Shown here piece by piece: positions 53,297 to 63,561 of a stretch of 63,561 nucleotides of DNA (its first letter is position 1; each line of letters begins with the position of its first letter). The DNA comes from Octopus sinensis (Eukaryota): contig NW_021831876.1 in NCBI RefSeq assembly GCF_006345805.1, forward strand, positions 1-63,561, given 5' to 3'. The notes beneath the pieces are model-generated. The model saw only the letters and a list, made by a program, of their open reading frames with translations. It ran no database searches and was not told where the DNA came from. A program made the position numbers and the translations under genes.

Positions 53297-53849
53297 TACG
53301 ACAGGCTTCTTTTCAGTTTCCGTCTACCAAATCCACTTACAAGGCTTTGGTCGGCCCGAGGCTATAGTAGAAAACACTTGCCCAAGGTGCCACGCAGTGG
53401 GACTGAACTCGGAACCATGTGGTTGGTAAGCAAGCTACTTACCACACAGCCACTCCTACGCCTATGTTTAACTTACATCTTTAAATACTTGCAAAAAAGA
53501 AAAAAAGATTGTATTGCATCTTTGAATTTGTAAATTTTTAGAAGATTGTATCCTAACGGGTGTTCAAACACGTCTCTGTGTTCTCTTCGTTTTAATATGT
53601 ATTTATTTATTTTCTTTACTTGTTCAGAGAATAAATTAGGGGTTTTGTAAAATACCAAAAGCCAATAACTGTAACATTTTAGTTTTACTGACTTTATTAT
53701 AGTTCCATCTTCTTCGTAAGTAAAATGAAAAGACTGCATTTCGTTCGGTGATATTTCTTTTATAGGTCACCATGAATTTGGGGAATTAAGAAATACGTTC
53801 TTTTCTATGAAACTAGTAAAATAAAGGCTACTTCGAATGATATTCACAA

Positions 53850-54010
53850 ATAAATCTCCTGAGTTCTGAAAATCTCAATATTCTGGAAGAAAATCTTCAG
53901 AGCAAATTTAATATGACAGTCAAAGTCTCTCAGAAACTGTTCTAAAATCTTTGCACGAGCGTTTATTTGCGCCGCTGGCCAATTCGGAAAAACAAAATGA
54001 GGATGAATTT
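53850..54010 (+). pseudogene. Possible Tc1/IS630-type transposase HTH fragment
   Basis: With one frameshift: LEENLQSKFNMTVKVSQ/ETVLKSLHERLFAPLANSEKQNE; pattern resemblance only. Confidence 0.3.
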
Positions 54011-54608
54011 TATTAGACGAATAAGGAGCTTCCATGTATAAATAAAATACAATTTCCTGTTCTAATTTATTTTATTAGCATTGCAAGATCTGTTCCATAA
54101 AAGACTCAAACGATGCAAGAAAGACAATATATTAGCGATTTAATTAAAATATTTTAATGATTCCACATGTTCAATTCATCAACTGAAATAATGCATTTCA
54201 TTGATTTCTAATAAATTAATTGCAATAGCAATCAATACCAAAGGTGTGTAATGGACTAACTACGATACCAGTAATTGTTAAAGGTATGTAATAGACTAAC
54301 GATAATAGTACTAATTAGTAATGATTTGTAATAAACTAACTACATTTGAAGTAATTACTAACTACAATAGCTGTAGCAACTAACAGCAATAGCACTAATT
54401 AACAAAAGTATGCAATACACCAACTATAAAGAAGCCATTTCTCATACAATACCAGTAATGACCAAAAGTTTACTTATAAGAAGCATACACAGATTCTTCT
54501 GTTGTGCGCGCGCATGTGTGTATGCATGCATGTATGTTGTAACAATGTGGAAATGATTTTTCTCCTATTGATAATATTACTGTTTATAGAAAGGAATATG
54601 GGATTGGC

Positions 54609-54659
<51 letters not shown>

Positions 54660-54743
54660 CAGTCGCCATGATAGATCGTTAGCCACTACACACATTTTTT
54701 CTCTCCTTTTTTCTCTCCTTGTTTCTCTCCTTGTTTTTTCTGT

Positions 54744-54785
54744 GTCCCTTTCTGTAGAAGAGCGTAGGCTCGAAACGTAAAAGAC
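54744..54785 (+). ncRNA. Minimal hammerhead-like motif, CUGUAGA core variant
   Basis: gtcccttt-CTGTAGA-a gagc gtag gctc-GAAA-CGTA-aaagac. Confidence 0.5.
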
Positions 54786-55219
54786 TTTTTCTATTCCTGA
54801 GCGTTATACTAATACATCTGTTGTTTTGTACACCACCTGTCTTCGTCTTTTGTTTTTTTCGTAAAATCTCCCTATATATATATATATATATATATATTTG
54901 AGTAGTTGAATGAATTATATTATTATGGATAATTCGGTTAACCGATACCTGGGTAGCAAATTCACGTCAGAAAAACACGATTGAAGCTACATGCCAAGGC
55001 AGAGATCACGTGCTTTCGTGTGGAAATGTGTGTGTTTTTTTAAATACAAATAAATGAAAGAATGGAGTTGAACGACGAATTAACAAAATTCCTTTATTCT
55101 CGACATATGTTTCGAAGGCTGCATATTCCTAATTTAGATGACTGCCCACACGGAGCCCATAATGGGCTTCGTGTGGGCAGTCATCTAAAAGATTTTGTGC
55201 ATCTTCATGCTGACATAAG

Positions 55220-55318
55220 TTCCTTGTTTTTCCTGATGAGAAGGCGGCATAATGCACCCCTTATTCCTTCGAAATTAGGAATATGCAGCCTTCGAAACAT
55301 ATGTCGAGAATAAAGGAA
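55220..55318 (+). ncRNA. Type I hammerhead ribozyme with an extended stem II
   Basis: 13-bp stem I (11 pairs), CTGATGA at 55233-55239, gaaggc/gccttc, GAAA, ACATATGT palindrome, GUC; predicted cleavage after 55305. Confidence 0.8.
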
Positions 55319-55374
55319 TTTTGTTAATTCGTCGTTCAACTCCATTCTTTCATTTATTTATATATATATATACG

Positions 55375-55433
<59 letters not shown>

Positions 55434-55539
55434 ATATACCGGAGTAAACACACAAATGTGAAACAAAGTGGAAAAGAAGAGTACTCAAATACCAGTGGTA
55501 GAGTAATATACTTTATTTAAAGCAGCAGAAAATTCAACA

Positions 55540-55586
55540 AAACCCGTTACTCTGAGTTTCACGTTCCCGTTCGTCGGACAGTTTTT
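55540..55586 (-). ncRNA. Type I hammerhead, CCGACGA core variant
   Basis: aaaactgt-CCGACGA-acg GGAA cgt-GAAA-ctcagag-TA-acggg. Confidence 0.6.
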
Positions 55587-56079
55587 GAAAAAAGGCGGTG
55601 AGCTGGCAGAAACGTTAGCACGCCGGGCGAAATGTTAAGCGGTATTTCGTCTGCTGTTACGTTCTGAGTTCAAATTCCACCGAGGTCGACTTTGCCTTTC
55701 ATCCTTTCCGGGTCGATAAATTAAGAACCAGTTACGCACTAGGGTCAATGTAATCGACTTAATCCGTTTGTCTGTCCTTGTTTGTCCCTTCTGTGTTTAG
55801 CCCCTTGTGGGTAGTAAAGAAATAGGTACGTACACGTGGTACGGTTAGCGTGCGCTACTACTACAAGCCTTAACCTGCATAAACTATACAACTCATACAT
55901 ACATACATACATACATACATACATACATACATACATACATACATACAACATACATACATACAAGGTATAATTTTAACGTGAATGCCTCAGTCACAGTAAC
56001 TAATAGTCACGTTCTTGTTCGAAACTTTTTATTTCTTTGGAATCGTGCATGAATTTCCAAGAAAATTAATGGTTTTGAC

Positions 56080-56477
56080 TTGGAATATGCAAGGAAAATC
56101 ATGAGCGAGAAAGACTCAAGCGAATGCGACATCCGGGTTTATGCAAAGTACTTCCACTGGGTTGCAGAGATACCATGCTACAAAATGAACATTTGTGTCG
56201 TGCTGATCTTCTTTCTCCAGCAGATCTGGTTTTTAATCACGCCAAATTTTACGAAAAGCCAAACAAGGTAATTCAGGATGAATTAATTTTGAACTTAGTG
56301 GAAATTGACTGCCCAAACCGACGTTGTAAAAAACGGGAAAGACACAGAAGTGTGGAAGTAGGAGTCAAGACAACGTATGCTGGGAATTACAGTTTCCATC
56401 CAATCTTGAAGAGAGGAAGAAAGTGGTCAGAATTCAAGGCAGTCCCTCTGGACATGGTGTCAACGGTGGAGAGTTAA
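56080..56477 (+). mobile_element. Decayed C-terminal CCHC/REL region of an R4/Dong-like non-LTR element
   Basis: ICKENHE...H..LCKVL; KFYEKPNKVIQDE; WKLTAQTDVVK in another frame, resembling the KWYEH.P.KV.ENE..LWDF.IQTD pattern. Confidence 0.5.
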
Positions 56478-56689
56478 CAAAAAAATAGACGTGGAAAAGT
56501 TGCTGTCTGAGATTGACATTCGTGAAGAGGCATTTTACATCCGTACTCTCAGAGGTACACGAGATACATGAGGGGAGATAAATATATATAGTTAATCCAA
56601 ACATGAAAACACAAAGAGAAAACACAACAACGCGAGGACGTGGAACAAGTATAGTGTTATTGGACGCTGAGGAAAGAAGGTAAGAAGGA

Positions 56690-56728
56690 GTGTTTAACGT
56701 TTCGAGCGGAGCTCTTCGTCAGAAACAT
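56690..56728 (-). ncRNA. Minimal type I hammerhead within a Penelope-type terminal repeat (~56500-56800)
   Basis: atgttt-CTGACGA-a gagc tcc gctc-GAAA-CGTT-aaacac; degenerate relatives at ~4105-4140 and ~59430-59465. Confidence 0.65.
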
Positions 56729-56803
56729 AGGAAAAGGAAAGATCCAAAGAAGGGAAGACGAAGGAAAAAAATCGCCAACGGTACACACGCGGTCACATTT
56801 TGA

Positions 56804-56848
<45 letters not shown>

Positions 56849-56934
56849 ATATATATACATATATTGAATATATACATTTTGAATATATATATATAATAAA
56901 TGAAAGAATGGAGTTGAACGACGATTTAACAAAA

Positions 56935-57032
56935 TTCCTTTATTCTCGACATATGTTTCGAAGGCTGCATATTCCTAATTTCGAAGGAATAAGGGGTGCA
57001 TTATGCCGCCTTCTCATCAGGAAAAACAGGAA
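56935..57032 (-). ncRNA. Type I hammerhead, copy of 55220-55318
   Basis: Reverse complement is near-identical to 55220-55318. Confidence 0.8.
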
Positions 57033-57187
57033 CTTATGTCAGCATCAAGATGAACAAAAACTCTTAGATGACTGCCCACACGGAGCCCTTAGCATGTAGC
57101 TTCAACCGTGTTTTTCTGACGTGAATTTTCTACCCAGGTATCGGTTAACCGAATTATCCATACTAAGATAATTCATTCAGCTACTTA

Positions 57188-57242
<55 letters not shown>

Positions 57243-57593
57243 TGGCACCTTGGGCAAGTGTCTTCTACTATAGCCTCGGGCCAACCAAAGCCTTGTGAGT
57301 GGATTTGGTAGACGGAAACTGAAAAAAGCCCGTCGTATATATGTATATATATATATGTATATGCGTGTCTGTGTTTGTCCCCCCAGCATTGCTTGACAAC
57401 CGATGCTGGTGTGTTTATGTCCCCGTTACTTAGTGGTTCGGCAAAAGAGACCGATAGAATAAGTACTGGGCTTACAAAAGAATAAGTCCCGGGGTCGAGT
57501 TGCTCGATTAAAAGGCGGTGCTCCAGCATGGCCGCAGTCAAATGACTGAAACAAGGTAAAAAAAAATATATATATATATACATATACATATAT

Positions 57594-59264
57594 ATCTCTT
57601 ATTATAAAAGGCAGATTTTATCTGCCTCCCTTTGTAACTTTAGAAATCTACAATATAGGATTTCTTCAATTACAATTTACCTAGCATTTTTAAGAGTAGA
57701 ATGCATCGGGTCATGCCAGGTCCAGTATTTAAAATTTAAACTCCAATAAGCAAAATTTACAGAAAACTCACATTCTGGTGTGTATGTCAAATGCTTTTCT
57801 TAATGTGGTTTACACCACACGCACACGCACACACACAGTGTGCAACGAATAAAATGAAAGTAAATAGCGACAGAGTGATTTGAGGAAGACTAAACTGAAA
57901 GTATTTAAACCACTACTCAAAAAAAAAAAAACACAGCAAACAGAAACAAATAAATACATAACGATTTACTCCTCACACAATTTCTTCAATTAGAGTTTAC
58001 CTAAGACTTTTCAAAGTACTCCATTCGGTCATGCCATAATATATTTCTTTCAATTTCACCCCCAATTAAGACAAAATTCGAGAAAACTCAATATTTTAAC
58101 ATTTCACTCCGAAAGCATGATGTACATGTGTGCGTGCGTGAGTGGTGTGTGGTGTGTGTGTGTGTTTGATGGGTTGTGCGACACAGAAAGTGTGGTGTGT
58201 AAGTGAAGTGCTTTTGTTAGTGTGTGTAAAGAGACAGACAGAGTGAAAGACAGAAATAACTGAACTTTTTTTATTCACTTTTTGTAGTGAGTGACTGAGA
58301 GAGAAAAGAGAGAGAGAGGTTATGTATGTATATATGTATGTATGGCTTCAGTGACACACACACACATACAAAAACACATACCTAAGGCACGCACACCTAA
58401 AGCACGCACACACACACACACACAAGCGGAGCGCGAACTTCAAAATTTTGGTAGTATTAATTTGCCAGCGTACTTCTAAGCGCGCGTAATTGAAAGTTTT
58501 CACTATGATATCATCACGTGCGAAAAAATTCGAAGGGTTTTGAACAATTGAGATACACATGTCACGCCTGTATTGAAACCATTGCTAAGCTGCCGTAATT
58601 GCTTAATTAAGACTTTGTTTAAATTGAAAGGAGCAAATATGTGACGAGGTTGAAAAAAAATACCCCAGAAAAAAAATGTACTGCTGGTATTTATATAATT
58701 CACTACTATTTTGCTACAATGTCATGAAAAAGAAAAAATTTAGGTATGTAAATCGAATTCGCCACCCCCTTTTCCCCGTTCGCGTTTGTGTAAAAAAAAA
58801 TATTATTTAAGTTTTAAAAATTATTTACTTTGTTCAAAAAATATTAATATTAATTAATTTTCAAGAATTATTTAATTTTATTCTGTAAAATAGTAATTAA
58901 TTCATTTATCTGTAAATCCGCGAGGTTGTTACTCAGGCACCTAGAATGGTAACCTTCAACTAACACTATCTCCTCCGAGACCCTGCGGCGCAAGTTGACC
59001 AAAATTGAGAGTATGGTAGAAGGGTTGCTCTTCCTTCCGTAGAACATAAAATTCAAATCGGACCATGTTAACACCAAAAATTATTTACATCAAAAAGATG
59101 CTTTTTTCTATGAAAATCCCTATTTTTTACGATTTTTTCACTGCTGTGTCGCCACTTTTCGGTGTATTTCGACCAGAAAAATGTTCACAAAATTTTTACT
59201 TTTCAAAATTACAATTCCAGCGGGTCGAAACAAACCCGAACAACGCCGGGCGATACTGCTAGTA
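57594..59264 (-). mobile_element. 1.67-kb non-autonomous Helentron-like element
   Basis: Head matches 12204; 3' hairpin and end match 14340-14368. Confidence 0.65.
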
Positions 59265-59319
59265 TATATATAAATGAACGTTTATATATGAACATTATTA
59301 TTTTATTATATATATATAT

Positions 59320-59375
<56 letters not shown>

Positions 59376-60139
59376 TGTGAGTGTGTGTTTGTATACATAT
59401 GCATATATCCTTCTTTGAACTTTCCCTTTTTCGTTCCCGACGAAGAGCTATGTTCGAAATGTCAAAAACACTCTCTTCTCACCGATCGTCAAACTAATAT
59501 GTTCCTTGTACAATTCCTTTTGTTGCCTGTTATTGTTAGTTTTATTGTTTTTTTATTAATTTGACTACATACATACATACATACATACATACATACATAC
59601 ATACATACATACATACATACATACATACGTATGTACGTACGTACTAAGTTCCGAACGCAAGATGTGAACTCAGAGCATAAAAAATGAGATTTGACATTTT
59701 TAGCACAAACCAAAAACCAGCAATTTCGTGCCCTTAAACATTGAAAGTGGTTTTCCATTCAACTGCCAGCTGTTATTATTAATTAATTTAATCCTAGAAA
59801 AGTCTCTAGCCTTTGTAGCTATATTTTTTTCGCTAGAGTAGAAAACATTTAATACATGGAGTTGGTGGGTAATGCCTGCAGCTCCACCGCAACATAAACT
59901 GATGTACGCATCAGCCATCACAATCAAGCAGTAAACTGAACTGGTCTATAGGGCGAGGATGATGAAACTGAATATTCCGAATGATTTAATATGTATCCCA
60001 TGGAGCTACGTTAAGTGAGAGCATGTAGAATAAAGAATACCACCCAGAAAAATAATAAAACACCAGCAGCAGATTTGAACCTAGTGACCATTGTTCCTCA
60101 TGCCACCTCACTGGAATTTGTATAACAGTGATGTTAAGT

Positions 60140-60520
60140 TGGACTTTGGAAAAGTTTTGCATATTTTTACTGTTCTACTTACAGACTATATACGTAAAGT
60201 GCATATTAGCTAGTCTCTTTTTTAGTTTTTGTTATCACTTAGATATTTACTAACACATCCAAGTTGCCCAGTAATTATTGGTAAAAATGTAAATTCATAA
60301 TCAGTGCATAGAGCCTGCAAGTTTGGAGGCAAATATCCGAAAACATGTTTCTAACATACAATTTTGGAAGAGATGTCCACATCTACAAGGCAGCTAACAT
60401 CTGTAACCAAACTTGAGTTTTCTTTTCTGTGCCCAAGAACTCGTATATCAGGCATGTTGTATTTGCAGCTTGTAGAAGTTTTCGTGCAATTGCTCTGTTC
60501 TGCCAATAATCCTCGTGATG
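60140..60520 (-). mobile_element. REL-endonuclease C-terminus of a NeSL/HERO/R4-type non-LTR element
   Basis: KTSTSCKYNMPDI...VTDVSCLVDVDISSKIV..KHVFG...YEFTFLPIITGQLGCVSKYL...RTVKICKTF (PD-(D/E)xK pattern). Confidence 0.7.
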
Positions 60521-61516
60521 GCATATATGAATTCAATGCAGAGATATACATGCATGAATGTTTGTAGTTATGGATGTAGTCATGTGTGTGTGTGAGTGTA
60601 TGTGGAGTGGAGTGTTAGATGCGGCCGACGTCTGGAAGCGGTATTGTCGCTGTTTTGTTTATTTGTGGTTCGATGTTCAATCTTAACAGCTGTTAACCTT
60701 TACATTTTCACTTGTTAAGAAGATTTATATCATTTAAAAGCGCAATGTGAGAAGGTATCGACAACATAAAAAGGTCGATTAAATACGTTGTCCAATGAAA
60801 GGTGTGTATCAAAAATTATCTTCAATTGAAAATACAACAATGAAATTTGTGTAATAAACTGAGAAATATTAATAATTCTCTGAAAGTGTTAACATTCAAA
60901 AAGAATGGAAGCACACAACCGCAGAATACTTGAAACATTGTCTCAAAAGAAAACCACGCAACTTGTGAGAAGGATATATTCCATTGTTAATCAGATCAAA
61001 GAATTATTCTGTCGTTCGTTAAAGAATTATTTTATTAATCCAGCTGAATGGTTTATTGACATTTATCCTGAAAATGAATCATTTCAGAACAGATGTTATT
61101 AATAATAGAAATAAATAACTAAGATGATCCTCTCAGCTTTTGCCTGAGCAGTTAATTTATTATAGACTCCTATCACATGTAACTTTCGCGTCATCTTAAA
61201 TAAATTCGATATTTCATAAATTTTTTACTTTGTTTTCTTTCGCATCTTAGTCTCACATTGTTATTAAGAGCTTTAGCATTCAGATAGTATTATTGAGTTT
61301 TTTTCAAAAGACATACTAATGTACAGAAGACTGATCTAATGTTGTGACGTCCATGCTTTTCTTGTGCCTTGGCATAAATTAAGTAAAAATCGATCCAACT
61401 GACAATCGCCTGCGTACTTCAATTCAAAACAACGGCCGTTAACAGATCGTAATTAAAATTCAAATGGAGTGGTATAAGAAAATAGAGTACCAGGTAGGTT
61501 GTCAATTAGTACTTTG

Positions 61517-61939
61517 GGATCTTTTCGGTTTGAACGGAAGTTTTTTCTAGTGGTGTCATATGAAATTGTCACCCATAATTATGACCCTAGTATCGATCTA
61601 TTGCATTTCAATCTGTTTTAGGGTTAGGGTTAGGTTTAGGGGTGGGGGGAAGGGTATCTTTTTTTCTTCAGAAATGTAAATAAACCCAAGCTGTTTCTTA
61701 AACGAGGGACATATTCATACGGTACAGAATGTTTTTTACCTTAATAGACGTCATTGATTGGTTGAAATTGCAGAAATTGAAGAAAGAAAACAACAAATAT
61801 CTTACAAACTATAGAATTTTCTCAATAAGGCCAAGAGAAAAAGATGTTTTATAAACACATTCTACCAGTATACGAAGTTTAAAAGTGTTTAGTTACGTGG
61901 AAATTATGTTAAAAACTGCCGTTCAAACCGAAAAGATCC
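61517..61939. mobile_element. MITE flanked by a 39-bp direct repeat
   Basis: TIRs; 61478-61516 versus 61940-61978 match at 36/39. Confidence 0.93.
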
Positions 61940-63064
61940 GAAAATAGAGTACCAGTCAGGTTGTCAATTAGTATTTTGTTCTATCTCTATCCCAGTACAT
62001 TTTGCGATCATTGCTATTCTGGTCATTAAAATGTGTACCAATCACGGCTATACTTCTAACATAAAACTTAGCAATCGAGAATCAATATCAGCATTTGATA
62101 TTAATCATTAAGCAGGGCGGCGAGCTGGCAGAATTGTTAGCACACTGCGCGAAATGCATAGTAGCATTTCGTCCGTCTTAACTTTCTGAGTTCAAATTCC
62201 GCCAAGGTTGACTTCGCCGTTCATCCTCTCGGGGCCGATAAAATAATCACCAGTTGAACACTGGGATGAAGTAACTGACTTATCACCATCCCCCTAAATT
62301 GCTGGCCTTGTGCCAAAATTTGAAATTAGTATCAATCATTAAGATTGGGACAAGTTGGCAAAAGTGCAACGGGCTTGACTGAAATATCTTGCACTATTTA
62401 CGAATTATACGCAACGATCAGTTCTGTTTTTCACCCCTCCACGGTCAGTAAAATGTGTAGGGGGGGCGTGTAATCAATCTACTATACTCACCCTCTTCTA
62501 AAGTTGGCTTTTTGCCTCTTCGAAAGAAACCATTATTAATATTTCAAGTAAGTGCCTTAGAGAAAGATTTGCTTTCTCCCCTTTAAAGTTATACAAGGCA
62601 ACTTTCGTTTCATTTCGAGTTAAAAATATCTCAAAAGCACTGATCCTCCAAATGAAATCATTTGGGGGTTCAGTGAACAATTTCATTACAGCCTCGACAC
62701 AGAAAATTAAATAAATTGGGTGTAAACAAATTGCCTTTAGACATTCAGTTGTAATTACACTGCATTTTGCGCTGTCCTCACTGGAAGAACCATTTTATTG
62801 GACAAAACCAATATCAATGTACATAGTTACAAAGACTTCATCATAATTCAAAGAGAGAAATCGCAAAATACCAAAAAAAAGAGACATTACAAATCTAAAG
62901 GGCTTCATTAAATGTAACAGTAAATGCAAAATGCTGAATAAGAACAGAAACTATCTCAGTTTTACATTCGCACACACACACACATTTACTCACTCACTCA
63001 CTCACACAGGCACGCATGCACATGCACATACACACAATATATACATATATATATACATGTATAT

Positions 63065-63097
<33 letters not shown>

Positions 63098-63164
63098 ATT
63101 ATATATATAATATATATAATGTGGTGTGTTTGTATGTATGTATATATATATCTATATATATATA

Positions 63165-63500
63165 TGGTAGGTCCCCGGTTGATTCGGGGTTAACCACAGT
63201 AAATAAGGTACTCAATACATAGCAGAGTAAAATTAATTTATTATATAGAAGGAGCTTCTACAGGACTAGAACTGTTTCATTCAAGAGAAATCTTCAGGAA
63301 GCTAGTTAACAAGAATTGTATTGGCATTTATACATTTAGGCAGGTTTAAAGGGGTGGTGGTGGGGGACTTTTTGGGGGTAGGCATAGCGCAAAAAATCAT
63401 ACTTGGGGGAGTGGTCAAGGAGTCAGTGTAAATTAGATAGAAGAATAAATAAAAGAATAAAAAAGGGAGAATAAAAAAAAATATATAGAAGAATGGAGTT
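63165..63500 (-). mobile_element. Probable Penelope-type terminal repeat with a degenerate hammerhead core
   Basis: Minus strand CTGAAGA-tttc tctt gaat-GAAA...GTC; stem I does not close at the core. Confidence 0.4.
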
Positions 63501-63561
63501 TTAGGTAAATAAGGAAAATCTCACTTATACCTATACACATATGTATACATATATACACACA

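Noticed and set aside
62492-62695. Minus-strand segment ending in a strong AGG|gtgagt donor, with a GFFRR integrin-like motif
   Set aside because: All frames from the available acceptors contain stops, and a TGA lies just upstream of the GFFRR frame. A 44-nt plus-strand candidate (62504-62547) is too short to support.

Overview
Repeat-saturated, AT-rich eukaryotic non-coding DNA. The SINE, microsatellite and Penelope content is typical of an octopod cephalopod (inference). No intact host gene can be supported, and nearly all listed ORFs are translations of microsatellites. The recognisable coding remnants are all transposon fossils: three Penelope-like elements (RT, two with GIY-YIG), a mariner transposase, Tx1/L1-like non-LTR elements, CR1-like and RTE LINEs, two REL-endonuclease non-LTR remnants and a hAT transposase. 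The window also holds at least three tRNA-derived SINE families, a MITE family with GG termini, 8-bp TSDs and TTAGGG tracts, and Helentron-like elements. Highlights: (1) two or three diverged Tx1-like retrotransposons are stacked at one 17-bp site just upstream of the mariner ATG, with the target triplicated, which suggests a retrotransposon that specifically targets a DNA transposon; (2) their 3' end matches the tail of an abundant local SINE at 28/30 nt; (3) at least seven foldable type I hammerhead ribozymes occur, five of them within 54.7-57.1 kb and one centred in a 320-bp foldback; (4) several long palindromes are present.
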